Shown here: positions 37,950-51,449 of the stretch, one piece after another
How the letters are laid out: the number at the start of each line of letters is the position of its first letter
Numbering within the stretch: the stretch's first letter is position 1
Source: Basidiobolus meristosporus CBS 931.73
Taxonomy: Eukaryota; Fungi; Basidiobolomycota
Length of the DNA stretch: 64,000 nt
NCBI GenBank assembly: GCA_002104905.1
Contig: MCFE01000094.1
Span: forward strand, 1-64,000
Direction: 5' to 3'
Notes under the pieces: generated by a model
Databases searched by the model: none
Told to the model about the DNA's origin: nothing
The model's input: only the letters and a program-made list of their open reading frames with translations
Made by a program: the position numbers and the translations under genes

Positions 37950-38293
37950 TGTTGTAAGAGTCTTGGAGATAATGGAAGTGATTGGGAGAACAGGAAGATT
38001 ATGTCATTTTCACTTAATGATATATTGAATGTAAAAGTACTATTTATACTTTTACATGGTATTGGCATGGCAAACATTAGAATAGGTTAAGGGAGGTCCC
38101 AAAAGCATGTGTGCAAAGTTTGGGGCTGTTGGACCACTTATCTAATTTTATGTTCTGTGTAACTGATATTGTGGTGAAAATTTTTAAGTAAATCCAACAA
38201 GGAATTTGGTCAGTATTCCCTAGGATTCAAAGGTAATGATATCAGTGACTAAGTGAGGTGAAAATTTAGATGGAATTACAAACCTTTACAACA
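37950..38293 (-). mobile_element. Family-A LTR without matching TSD (recombined junction)
   Basis: Full-length reversed LTR; flanks GAAAC and AGTAG differ; copia integrase ends abruptly on its left. Confidence 0.85.
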
Positions 38294-39166
38294 AGTAGTA
38301 CCTCAATTGCCAGTTATATTGACCTATACAAGTCTCTATACCAACACTTACATTAAGCCCAGCCCCACATTCAATAAGTCACTCCATTGAGATCCACCAT
38401 TCAGTAAGTGCTCCTGTTGTAACTGTTGTAAAAATTTGTACTTCCACCTAAATATTCACCTAACTTAGTCACTTAGATCATTACCCTTAAATCCTAGAGA
38501 ATACTGACCAAATTCCTTGTTGGGATTTACTTAGAATATTTTCACCAAAGTACCAGGTACCCAGAATATGAAAATTCTAAAAGTTGTCCAAACAGCCCCA
38601 AACCTTGCACACATGTTCTTGGGACCTTCCTTAACCTATTCTACATGTTTGTAACTCCAAGACCAGGTAAAAGTATAAATGCTACTATTACATTCAATAA
38701 ATCATTAAGTGAAAACCACATAATCTACTTGTTCTCCAAATCACTTCCAATATCTCCAAGACTCTTACAGCAGTAACTCCCTTTTTCCATGACTTTGGTG
38801 GTAACCAATGGCTTTATGCCACTCTTTATTTTCTGGTTCCCATATGTCCTGGACTTCAGCCAGTACTGCAAGGTCTAGCACTTCATCTGCTAGTCTATGA
38901 AATAGATAATTGCAACATTCAAGTGCATTTTCTTGAGTACTGCTCCTGAAGAAGTGCTGAAACCTCTTGATGTGCTTATCAATGTTCCAAGATTTCACTG
39001 TAGGCATTGCAATAGTCTTTTGAGATCTTGATATTGCTGCTTTGTCTGTTAGCAGGATCTCTACTTTGTTGACAATGGAGGACATGGAGGCTGTGGTAGA
39101 CAAATTGCTTTTCTCTGCAAACTCATCCAGCTCACTGGAGTGTAAAACAACTGGCTGCTCTTTCAA
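38294..39166 (-). repeat. Unidentified degenerate coding repeat A (homologous to about 53330-53700, + strand)
   Basis: Shared DNA such as agactagcagatga.g.gctagaccttgcagt.ctggctgaag and peptide KRFQHFF...RLADEVLDLAVLAE versus KRLQHFF...RLADEELDLAVLAE; interrupted by the 38424 LTR. Confidence 0.65.
38424..38772 (+). mobile_element. Family-A solo LTR
   Basis: TGTTGTAAAA...CTTACAGCA; TSD GTAAC (38419-38423 and 38773-38777). Confidence 0.92.
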
Positions 39167-39439
39167 CCCTTAAGAAGCAGCTTTTGTTGTGCTGTTAATT
39201 TGTCTTGGCTATGATGGGAGTCAGCCTGTTCTGGACTGATGTTGTTATTTGGTTAGAACTGCAGCTTTTTTCTCACACTTCCCTATCTCTGGCTTGGGTA
39301 GATCTTTTTTGCTTTACCTCTATCACTACCAACTAGTTGTACAGCCAAATAAAGTTGATAAATAAAACTGTGTTTGTACAGTGTTATGCCAAGAGTAGCA
39401 TGGCATTGCTGTGGTCTTAGTGTGCTCTACAACTATTTC

Positions 39440-39765
39440 AGTGGATTTAACCAGCCAGTACATCCAATTGCCCTATATGGCAAAAAACTTGATGGTGTTT
39501 TGATGGGCTCTTTGCAAGCTTCTGATGGCATTATTACAGCAGTATGGAGGCCTACAGCTAGTTCTGTATAGTGCTACTGTACCAATTTACCAAATGGTAC
39601 TTCCTTTTCTGCCTCCCCTTGTGCAATTCATATATTCAACTGTAGAGTCACCCCTCCACATTTGCTTATCCACTACTACTTTGGGCATTCCACTAATAGT
39701 TTGAATCAAAAAATACTATAGCCTCCTGCTTACTAACCTCTATAAACATGCACACCTGCTGCTGT
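39440..39765 (+). repeat. Unidentified degenerate coding repeat B (homologous to about 54205-54530, - strand)
   Basis: Shared in-frame peptide HPIxLYGKKLD...LPN...SPC...NSLNQK in both copies. Confidence 0.6.
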
Positions 39766-40835
39766 AGTGGGGTCACAGTGACACCCACTAACAGATGCGC
39801 TCATTCCTATATTTTCTACTTCACTATTTCTCTACAACCCTTATTTTAGTTTTAGACCATTAGTCTTACCTGATCAGTACTATCCCATAAGCCGGCTGGC
39901 TATCACATCTGCTTACCTTGGTGCATAAGTTATCCCCCACTTTATATAAGATTACTAGCAGTAAGTGCTTCTATATTAGGCAAGTACCCACACCAGTACC
40001 TGTGACACATGATCAACCTTTGTCACCATCCCTACCATTTCCATACCATATATGGCATCACTATATCACACAGGTTTCAGAGTACTGATTCCTGATTGGT
40101 GGGATGTGCTGTGCCTCTTAGAACCTTCTAGTACCTACTTAGAACATTCCTAGGTCATTCTGATGTCATTAAGATTTCTACTGATATCTGAAACCTTATG
40201 GAACACCATGATTAGAAATCACTTAGCCAGTAAGAAATGTGTATAAGGGAGGCTATCCTAAACAATAAATCATCATCCCTTTTATCAATATACCAACTTG
40301 TTGATTAGTGTGTCACTGCTACCTGCTGCTACATGAACTTCCAACCCCAGACCTCAGGACACTCCCATGAAACTGCACTGACAGCCAACTAACCTTGGAG
40401 GCACTACTTGTGAGGAATACTCAGAGTAGGTATCTTTTATTATATTTCATTCTTTCCCAAGTTTGTTCTTGTACAGGCAAAGATACTTTTCTGTCTTTGT
40501 AACTATTGATCACATTTGCATTCTTATCAAGTCCCTGCTGGTGGAGCTTACATTTGTTTTGACTTTGGAAGCTTTAGCATATGGTCATCTCAAAGGACAC
40601 TGAGCCCAGGACATACTTTTGTTAAGACACCAACTAAGTTGGGAATTATAGCTCAATAGTTTTCCCTTGACAAGCTTGTGGCTTTATTCCCCATCACATT
40701 AGATTAGAGACAGAACCCAAGTATTCCTAGCAAGCTTTTGCCAGAGGTTATTGCACACAGTGAACACCCAACACACAAAACACTTGAGAAGTGTTGGATG
40801 TATCTCTCCCTTGGACCTATACACCACCACATATT

Positions 40836-40853
40836 TGGCACCCAACTTGGGGG
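40836..40853 (+). promoter_or_regulatory. tRNA-Lys-type primer binding site (mutated)
   Basis: TGGCACCCAACTTGGGGG versus the canonical TGGCGCCCAACGTGGGGC; two of the three differences fall on CpG sites. Confidence 0.7.
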
Positions 40854-41984
40854 GGGGGTTCATACAAGCTCCCTAGGTCCCCACAAGATTTACCTGAAGA
40901 CTTGAGCTGTTATCCACTTATTGAAAAGAGACTACCAATATTATCAAGATTACAACACCAACCTACCTGCCTAAAATGAGCTCTATGCCATTACCACTCT
41001 CACATGGAGCCCCACATTTTGATCGAAAGAATGTGGAAAGCTTCATATTTAAATGGGAGAAGCTCTGCAAGATGTGCAGCTAATCTGAACAAGAAATGGC
41101 TGAAGACTTCCCCTACTACTGCACCAATGATATTACCACTAAGCTTCTCAGACAAGGAGACATTCTCACTGACTGGGCCTTAATGAAGACCTACCTACAG
41201 ACCAAGTATGGTAGACCCCAGATATACTATGGAATTGAAGATCTCAGACACTTTGGAAGGACTGGAATTTCCAAGCTACCACTTGAAGAGTTCATTCAAC
41301 AGTATAAAGATATGGCCAAGCCACTCCTAGAGTCCCAGGCTATCAATGAGTTTACTGTGACACTTTACCTTGCATAAGGGCTTCTCCAGGACTTGACAAG
41401 GAAAGTTGACCTGCATGCAGCCAAGGATGACAAGTCTGACATTCCTTGTTTTGCAGAGATAAAATGTGTTCTCCTAGAGGCAAAGCAAACTTCCACCTTT
41501 ATGAGACTTCTGACATCTAATCTGCCAGACCAGACAGCCAAGGAGCCAAGGAGTACTGTTACTGACAATCAGACCTACACTACAAACAGAATTGACCAAC
41601 TTGCTGAACAGCTACAAAAGCTAGCCCTCAAGATTAATGGCTTGTCTAAGGTAGCTACTGAGGGCCAAAGACCTTTGCCCAGACACTGCATCTAGTGTGA
41701 CTCTACTCAGCATGCCAGACAAGAATGCTCAGGGCTTAGTCAGCTACCCAAAGAAGGAGCAGTACAGTTTGATGCTGACGGAATGCTTGCTGACAAGGAA
41801 GGAAGAAGGATTACCACCAATTTTCAATGAGGAGGGATGAGAGCCCTTTTCCAGAAATCTGACTCAGCAACCAGAAAGATCACTGTTGATGCCCCTATTG
41901 GGACTCATACAGTGAATCCAAGCAGCCCTGACAACAAACAATATAAAGTTGATGCCATTGCTACCAAAAGACACCTCCCTGAAG

Positions 41985-42229
41985 TGTTGTAAGAGTCTTG
42001 GAGATATTGGAAGTGATTGGCAGGACAAGTAGATTATGAGGTTTTCACTTAATGATTTATTGAATGTAAAAGTAGTATTTATACATTTACCTGGTCTTGG
42101 CATTACAAACACATAGAATAGGTTAAGGAAGGTCCCAAGAACATGTGTGCAAAGTTTGGGGCTGTTTAGACAACTTTGAGAATTTTCATGTTCTGGGTAC
42201 CTGGTATTTTGGTGAAAATATTCTAAGTA
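41985..42229 (-). mobile_element. Truncated family-A copia LTR inserted into the gypsy gag-pol junction
   Basis: Begins TGTTGTAAGAGTCTTGG, matches the reversed LTR for about 245 bp, and lacks the last about 105 bp. Confidence 0.85.
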
Positions 42230-45200
42230 GAAATCATGCGTGTATTCCCATCTGATAGGAGGACCTTTGATGAGCAGCTTAGAGCAAGACAACAAGCTGT
42301 TGAACATATGGACACCCACATAATTTAGACAAACCATGAAGACCACCAAAAGGATGACAACACTACTGAATATAAGACCTTTTACTCAGTTGCAACTGCT
42401 GTGGTGAAAGGGTATATATATGATGACCCTGCTGACTGCCATATTGACAGTGGCTCAGAGATTTGTGTTATGCCACTAGACTTCTGGAAGACACTTAGAA
42501 GCAAGGAGCTACTGCCTGTTAATAGAGGTATTGGATGGAACATGACTGATGCAAATTCAGGATCTAGTCCACTCTATGGTGTAGTGCACAAGTTCCCTAT
42601 TGAGGTACAAGGAATCAAGGTCTGGCTTCCCCTCTTCAGCTGCCAGAAGGCAATCTTTGACCTTCTGCTAGGTAGACCATGGGAAACCAGTACCAAGGCT
42701 ATAACTACCAACTATTCTGATGGGTCAGTATAGTACACCATGCAAGGATCCAACCCAGGACTACAATCAACCTTCTGTGGGGTAACACCCAACAATAAGA
42801 GGATGCATACTGCTTGCCAAAAGACACATCTTGTTATAGAAGAAGATGAGGAGCCTGACAATATACACCCCAACATTTGGAGCTGCTCATTAGGTATACA
42901 GGAGCTGACAGCTATGGTCTGAACAAAATACAAGACAGTAGAACAGAAGATTAGACCATCACTTACCCCTTTGACTGATGGATCTCAACCCGCTGATTGC
43001 ATTAGACCACCAGAGAAACACCAGAAGATATACAACTTACACCTGAGAGACTTAAGCAACTTATCATTGGTGATGGAAACCTAACACCAGAGGAGATACT
43101 ATTATTTGAAGAAACCTTGAAAAGGCATGATAAGGTCATCTCATATAATGACAAGGAGATGGGACTCTTAAAGACATTGCTTGAAAAACCTATCAAGATT
43201 CATACAGTGCCCCACACACCCTGGTCATTTAAGCCTTACCTACTGCCCAGAGGACTCCAAGCTGATGTGCATGATCTACTTAAGAAGAAGATAGAAGCTG
43301 GTATCCAAGAACCTTGCCATGGACTTTATGCTAACACATGGTTTGTGACCAAAAAGAAGAATGGAAAGCTCCAATTCATTCAAGACATGCAACCTGCAAA
43401 TGCTGTCACTATCAGAGTTGCTGCTATACCTCCATCTATTGATGACTTTGCAGAAAGCTTTAGTGGCCACTCCATCTACTCAACATACAATCTCTACTCT
43501 GGATATGAACAGATCCCCCTAGATGAGACATCAAGGGACATGTTTGCACTCCAGACACCATTTGGACTGTTAAGGATGACAAGACTCAGCCAAGGGGCTA
43601 CAAACTCTGTGGCTCAGTTCCAGAGATGTATGGTGAATGTGTTGTACTGTTTATACCTAAGAAACGTGCTGTCTTTGTTGATGACATAGGTATCAAAGGA
43701 CCAAAAATTCAGGACACCACTGAAGTTATGCCTGGAGTAGAAAAGTTTGTCTATGACCATATTTCAGACAATGATGCCATATTAGGAGCCATTGAAGAAG
43801 TTGGACTCACCATCAGTGGTGAGAAAAGCAGCTTTGGTGTATCAGAGATATCCATTGTTGGACAAAAATGCAGCACCTTTGGTTGATCACTTGGAGACTC
43901 TAGGATACAAAAGATATGCAACTGGCCTACCCCCACAAATCTAACACAAGCTTGTAGCTTTGTGGCAGCTTGTGGGTTCTTTAGGATTGGGATCCATAGA
44001 TTTTCAGAGATAGCAGAACCAATCTACTGACTACAGAGAAAGAATACCCCATTTATCTGGGGAGAAGAGCAAGAAGAAGCCATGCAATTACTGAACGAGG
44101 CCTTAGTATCTCCACCACTTCTAAGACCTCTTGACTATCAGAACACTGAATACCACCTATTTTGACAGTGGATGCAAGCCATATAGGAGCAGGAGTGCTA
44201 CTTGGCCAAGATGATGAAGATGGCAACCACTATTCCTGCAGATATGAGAGCTGCCTATTCTCTCCTAGAGAACAAAGATACTCACAGATTAAGAGAGAGC
44301 TACTAGGAGTTGTGAAGATGCTGAGGAAGCTGAAGTCACAACTCTACATGACACATTTCATCCTGGAGACAGATGCTAAGCCACTTATAGGAATGATCAA
44401 CAAGCTTGACCTACCTGATGATGCCACAAACCAATGGATGGCATGGCTGAAAGTGTTTGACTTTGAGGTCATACATATCCCTGGCAAGACAAATGTTGTG
44501 GCTGATGCACTCTCCAGGAAGGGACCACAATTATATGAAGACTTGGAACCTGACTTTGATGATATGATTGATGCAGAGATCCAACAGATTCCCTTCAAAG
44601 ACCAAGAGAGAACTACCTGGAGTCTGATCAAGGAATATCTAAGGACACTTAAGAAACCTAGTTGGATGGAAATTCAGGAGTTTAGAAGACTCAGAAAGAA
44701 GACACACCACTACTATCTCAAAGATGAACTTCTCTTTAAACAAGTGAAGCCTGGACTTATGGCAAGAAGAGTAGTCACTACCCCACAAGAGCAACTGAAC
44801 ATCATGACAAGTATCCACCAAGGAGAACCAGGAGGGCATAGAGGATAAGAAGCTACCTACAATACCACAGCTCAGAGGTACTACTGGGAAAACATGTACT
44901 ATGATATCCAACACTTTGCTGAGTCATGTGTAGCCTGCCAGAAGAGATCCTCCAATGATTATGAAGAACCACTGCATCCTACTTACACAATCTGTCTATG
45001 GCAATAGGTTGATACTGACCATGTCCACATGCCAACAGCTGGATCAATAAGTACCTGATTGTTACTAGAGATGACCTTAGTGGATGGCCAGAGGCTTAAG
45101 CCTTGCCCAACAACAAGAGCCATACCATATGGAGATTTATACTTGAAGACATTATCGGCAGATTTGGCTGCATCTGACAGTTGGTTGATGACAGAGGAGA

Positions 45201-45905
45201 GAGGACATCCCAAATGATCCAGGAGTAGTGCTCAAAATACAAGATACACATTGCTTTACTACAGCTCACCACCCTCAAGCCAATGGAATAATAGAGAGAG
45301 GACATGGACCATGGGTGAACTCTCTGGTCAAGACCTGTGAGAATAATATAACATTGTGGCCACAGCAATTACATCTTCCACTCTGGGCAGTTAGAATTAC
45401 TACCAAGAGAACAACTGGATTATTGCTATTCAAGCTACTTTATGGATATGACTGCATACTACCAGTTGCGTTAAACACAGTCACTTGGGACTCATTGAAT
45501 TGGAGATCCAATATGCAGACTGAAGACCTCCTTGCAACTTGCATACAGCAACTTTATCACCATGACTTGAATATCAACAGAGCTGCTGAACAACTTAGGG
45601 ATACACAACTGAAGAACAAAGTGCCCTTTGACAAATCACACTCAACAAGACCAAAACCACTATCACTAGGAGACCCAGTATTACTCTATGATTCCACCGT
45701 GGATAAACAATGGAGTTGGAAGTTTGACAACATATGGACTGGCCCCTACCTCATTTCCAAAGTGATTGGAAATAGCAGTTATTACATATCTGAGCTTGAT
45801 AACACCCAGTTGAGAGCACCAGTTGCAGGAAACCCAGTACTATCCTATAAGCCAGTTGACAATCACACCTGCTTACCTTGGTGCATAGGTTATCCACCAC
45901 TTAAT

Positions 45906-46639
45906 AGACTTGTTCCGTTGGATAGTGCCACATTCAGCCATGAGTGCCAAATGATGCCATAGTGTGCCAGGGAGGCCAAGTGAGCCTATACTTGGCCACA
46001 GAGTGTGAAACATAACTCTGCATCTTCATGCAAAGCAGCCCCTGTGTTTCACCCATTGTGTTGGAGAAAATCCATTTTTTGACCTTTTTTTTTAGGCCAA
46101 TGTTGTACAGGATGTGTAAGAGCACAGAAGAACTGAAGACATGCATCAGGTACTCAATGCCCATGGCACTCTGAATCTAGATCCTGTGGCTTGTAACATG
46201 TCACAAAAATGCATGGCACTATCTTGGTCCACTGGCACTATCTGGCACTATATTTAATTATTAGCCCTAAAGTAAGATCAATAGAAAGCACTTATAGTGC
46301 CAGATAGTGCCAGTGGACCAAGATAGTGCCATGCATTTTTGTGACATGTTATAAGCCACAGGATCTAGATTCAGAGCGCCATGGGCATTGAGTATCAGAT
46401 GCATATCTTCAGTCCTTTTGTGCTCTTACACATCCTGCACAACATTGATTTGCAAAAAAACATCAAAAAATGGATTTTCTCCTGCATCATAGGTGAAACA
46501 CAGGGGCTACTTTGCATGAAGATGCAGAGCAATGTTTCACACTCTGTGGCCAAGTATAGGTTCACTTGGCCTCTCTGGCACACTATGGCATCATTTGGCA
46601 CTCATGGCTCAATGTGACACTATCCAATGGAACAAGTCT
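45906..46639. mobile_element. Non-autonomous foldback/MITE-like element, 734 bp, almost entirely inverted repeat
   Basis: Arms of about 345 bp (AGACTTGTTCC...ggcactata and tatagtgcc...GGAACAAGTCT) with a loop of about 42 bp; AAT on both sides; excision restores colinearity with the 5' LTR. Confidence 0.9.
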
Positions 46640-47899
46640 AATGTAAGATTACTAGCAGTAAGTGCTTCTATATTAGGCAAGTACCCACAACAGTACCAGT
46701 GACACATGATCAACCCATGTCACCATCCCTACCATTTTCATACAATATATGGTATCACTATGTCACACAGGTTTCAGAGTACTGATTCCTGATTGATGGA
46801 ATGTGCTGTGCCTCTTAGAACCTTCTGGTACCTACTTAGAATATTCTTAGGTCATTGTGATGTAATTAAGATTTCTACTGATATCTGGAACCTTATGGAA
46901 CACCATGATTAGTAATCACTTATCCTGTAAGAAAAGTGTATAAGGGAGGCTATCCCTCAACAATAAATCATTATCCCTTTTATCAATATACCAACTTGTT
47001 GATTAGTGTGATCACTGCTACCTACCGCTACCTGAACTTCCAACACCAGACCACAGGACACTCCCATGAAACTGCGCTGACAGCCAACTGACCTTGGAGG
47101 CACTACTTGTGCGGAATACTCAGAGTAGGTATCTTTTATTATATTTCATTCTTTCCCAAGTTTGTTCTTGTAAAGGCAAAGATGCTTTTCTGTCTTTATA
47201 ACTATTGATCACAGTTGCATTCTTATCAAGTCCCTGCTGATGGAGTTTACAGTTATTTTGACTTTGGAAGCTTTAGTACATTGTCATCTCAAAGAGCACT
47301 GAATCCAGCACATACTTTTGTTAAGACACTAACTAAGATGGGGATTGTAGCTCAATAGTTTTCCCTTGACAAGCTTGTGGCTTTATTCCCCATCACATTA
47401 GATTAGAGACAGAACCCAAGTACTCCTAGCAGGCTTTGCTAGAGGTTATTGCACCCAGTGAACACCCCACACATAAAACACTTGAGAAGTGTTGGACATA
47501 TCTCTCCCATGGACCTATACACCACCACACCGCAATTGACATACTTTTATTACCTCAACTTTACATCTTTTTAGTGTGATGCTTGCAAGGTTGCCACATA
47601 CCTTGTACTGCTGGTAGCATAAACATCTTGCAAACATATGCTTGGTTGCCATCACTTCTGCCATGAATACCTCCTGAATATCTGCAAACAATTTCTTAGT
47701 ATTTAGCCAACACATTACTTCTCCCTGCTGAATTCCAGTCCCCCTTATAGGTGTGAGTGTCTCCTGTTAGTGGGAATTACATATTGCATTGTGTAGAAAT
47801 GGGCATGTGACCAAGAGAAATCTGGCATACCTTGGTAGACTTTTTCTAATAAAAATTAGTTGCTTGTGGCACCCAGCCCAACTTTACATTACTTATCTT

Positions 47900-50260
47900 A
47901 TTATACATGCATTGGGGCTGCCTAGGTTCTTAATGCCATAGCTATAGGTGTCCACATTTGTACATCTATCTTCAGTATTTTCCAGCTCTTCCTGGCTGTA
48001 TTACATGTGCCAGCTCATCATAATCCATCACAGACTTCAAGGCAATATTCTTAATGAGATTGGGATGTGGTAGTACCTGCAAATTCACCTGTCTTCTTAT
48101 CTCCCCAAACATCCACTCCATAGAAATCCTCAAAAGGTGAAGTAAGGCTCAATATTCTCAGCACACCAAGCAGGATGGAGTAGCAAATGGATACTGTAGT
48201 GTAGAAATCTACGCTTTCAGCTTGATGTTAGTAGTATAGCCACTTGAATCCTGTCACAAACTCTTAGCACAAAAGCTGTAGATGCGTCAAGTTGGCATTG
48301 ATGATCCGCTTCTAGATAAATATTCCTACAGTGTCCACATTTGACTTCCAATACTTCCAATGTACTCTTGGTAGAAATGGCTTCAGAAGGCCACCTGAAT
48401 AAATACATATCCAGTTCATCTAGTCCTTGCACTTGTATTGTTGCATATGCATATGAATGTTGATTGGATCCAGTGCAAAGTACTTAGGGTAGCAGATACT
48501 TTGTGACATCTTGCCAATTCTTTCAAATTTCTCAGGTATCTCAAAAGGCCTCAGTATTTTCCAACTCTTTCTGGCTGTCCTCTATGTGCTAACTCATCAT
48601 ATCCATGATGGACTCTTTAAGGTAATATTCTTGATGATATTGGAATAAGGTAGTGCCTGCAGTTTGACTTGTCTTCCCATCTCCCTACACATCCATTCCA
48701 TAGGAAACTCCCAAAAGGTGAGGCAAGGCCCAATATTCTCCACACACCATGCAAGATGGAGTAGAGAACTGATACAGTAGTGGCAGAGATCAGCACATTC
48801 AGCTTTATGTTTGTAGTATAGCCATTCAAATCCCATCACAAACTCCTCACACAATAGCTGTAGATACATCAAGTTGGTATTGATGATTCAATTCTGGATA
48901 AATATTCCTATAATGTCCGCATATGACTCCTAATGCTTCCTATGTACTCTTGGTAGGAATGGCTTCAGAACACTGCTTGAATAAATACATATCCAGTTCA
49001 TCCAATCATTGCATTTGTATTGTTGCATATGTGTATGAATATTAATTGGAGCCCACAAGAGGTACATAGGGTAGCAGATACACTGTAATATCTTGCCAAT
49101 TTTTTCAAATTTCTCTGGTATCTTGAAGGGCTCACTTAACCTGAAATGCCCCATGTATAACTTAGTCATCAGCATAGGGATATTGTTGAAAAGTAAATGC
49201 ATTGCTCCCAGTGGAAAGCTTCTGCTCCAACAGATACCCTCTATTTTAAGTATCTCCAGTTTCCAATTGATTCCATATTCTGGCCAATGGCTTGTAGCTT
49301 GCCAACTTTGCTGCAATTGCATGCTTACTTCTGTACATTCTCTCTGTGGAACAATGATGCTCTTAGTGTTGGTGCTTTGGTAACAAGAATGTGTGTGAGT
49401 TATGGAGTAAATCCCCTGTATCTCACACACTCAATAGCAGTACCATCCATTGTGCCCAGAAATGCCTGCTATCTTGCTAATGGCTGGGGTATCTCCAATG
49501 CAGATAATAATATGCACTTCTACATGATGGCCATTTACTGTTATGCCACTGTAAAGCATACAAATTCATCCAGCAATGGATATGGGTAGCTATTCAGGTT
49601 GGACAGTAATTTGTGCTCAGATACCAATGTGACTACAATCAGATTTCTGCTCTGATACTGTAGGATAGGCAACAAACTCAGGTTGGTGAGAATCAGTGGC
49701 CAGCAGGATTTGCTGTTGGAGTACTTGTTTAATGAGAATCCATCTGGTGCCAAGGCAATGGCTTGGTCATACATACCTTCAAGGTAGCCCCAACTTCTTG
49801 GCTATTTGTAATGTTTGCCATCAAGTATATCTAATATGTTTGTGCTTGATTAATACTGAGTGCAGTACTTTACAGCATTACAATATTTGTTGGACTGCAT
49901 GAGCTTCTTTATACAGGGTATTACTGGAATATATCCTTGGTGTGAAGAATGTTTTCCCCAATGGTGCTGAATTCCTGACAAGTTGAACACCTTGCACTGG
50001 AGGCATTTTTTGATGTATATGCCATGCAACTATTAGTAAATGCTGATATCAGGACAGTCTCTGGGCCATACATTGCCAGCTGCATGAGAGTTTTCCATTT
50101 ATACCATGTACATGGTAAGTTGCATCTCAGGAAGATTATGGCAAGAAGTAGTAGTAGATCCTCTAAGCCCCCATTACTGATATTAGTAGAAACACACCAC
50201 TCCACAAGTTTCTCAAATCTGACAACTATCAATATCTCATGAACAAGTAAATGGACAGAC
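47900..50260 (-). pseudogene. Tnp2 (Transposase_21 family) transposase pseudogene with duplicated C-terminal segment
   Basis: ALAPDGFS...CWPLILTNLSLLP...NLIVVTLV; RSFPLGAMHLLFNNI; KCNDWMNW; VENIGPCLTFWEFPMEW...VKLQALPYSNI. Confidence 0.85.
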
Positions 50261-51134
50261 AAGCAGACATATTTTTCTAGGGCAGACTAGGCCAACCACA
50301 ATTCATACAAAATTTGGTGATTAGCTGCCCACTACTTCCAGCAAAAATTGCAACTGGATATTTGAACAAAAAACACCCACTGAATACCAGCTGAAAGTTA
50401 GATGAGTTCCAAGTTTGAGATTTTTGTAGAGACACATAAATATGAAACACCATTTCCCCTTTGATTTGACTCACTAACATATATATGCTGCCAAAAAATA
50501 AAGTAAAGTTGTCTGGTTCCCAACCAAACCCCACCACTGACAGCAGCAGAAAAATGGTTGGGCAACAGCTTGCTTTGACATTCAATGCAACAAGCAGGCC
50601 TACAACCAAAAAAGACCCTGTGGACAGTGAGCCTACTAAATGGACAATGCAGACTCCTCAGGCTCTCAGTCAGGTAGCCAATTGGGAATCTATGCAGAGC
50701 TGCTAGCAGACCATATTGCTTAGGTAGATGAGAATGAGGTAAAAGCAGAACCTTGAGTTGAAGACCAGCAGGTGGCAGTCATAACATCATTACCACCTGT
50801 ATTAGCAAGTATATTGTCAGCTCATACCAAAGCATTAATAAAGCAATTAGGTGCAGTGGCTGATAGGATAGATGCAATGGCCCAGTGAAATCAGGAAATA
50901 GTTCAGAAACACAATGAGTGGATAAAAGGTATAGAACAATCATTATCCCAGGTAGAGAAAGCATTATTGTTGCTGCAAAGAAGGAACTCAAGTAGCTCAA
51001 TGTCACAGCCAAGAATTGAGCCATTTCCTGATGTAATAGCAGAGGAACACTGTTCAGGCTTTGAAGCACAATAACAGTCCTGAAAGATAAAGTCCACAGA
51101 AAAACATATCACAGCATGGGAGGGAGAAAATGCA

Positions 51135-51449
51135 GTGTTTATACCAAAGCCTAAAAATCAAAAGACATTAAACATCTGGAAGGCTGTTGAGTGCAATGAT
51201 GAAGAGTGGGCTAATATTCAAGAGGCTGTCAGAAGTCTAGCATGCCATCTTCTTAAGGCCAGTGTACCATGGAACCTTCAGGAACTCAAGGTCAAGCGGA
51301 ATATGCTTGATTTGCTTCATGAGTATTATCCTGGATTCAAACAAATAAAAGGATTTTGGGCCAGCATTGGTATGCTAAGAAAGTATCTTAAGAATTGCAG
51401 AAACTATCAAAGGCAGAAGAACAAAGGTATAATGGCTAAAAACCAGTAG
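51135..51449 (+). pseudogene. Transposon accessory ORF remnant
   Basis: Helical WANIQEAVR...VPWNLQ...EYYPGFK...FWAS..MLRKYLKN peptide inside the element, divergent from the transposase; family not firmly recognised. Confidence 0.4.

Larger units (their letters stand above)
39875..47529 (+). mobile_element. Near-complete decayed Ty3/gypsy retrotransposon (Ylt1-like fungal clade) with two LTRs of about 0.95 kb
   Basis: Gag remnants at 41096-41695, protease HIDSGSEI (42401), RT KNGKLQFIQDMQPAN, QGATNS and FVDDIGIKGP, RNase H TVDASHIGAG, integrase GIIERGH; direct repeats 39875-40831 and 45835-47529 (roughly 90% similar by eye); no TSD found. Confidence 0.92.

Noticed and set aside
35259-38772. 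LTRs at 35259 and 38424 as the two ends of one full-length copia
   Set aside because: The 38424 LTR has its own TSD (GTAAC), there is no PPT or RT/RNase H before it, and the 35259 left flank (GTATT) does not match.
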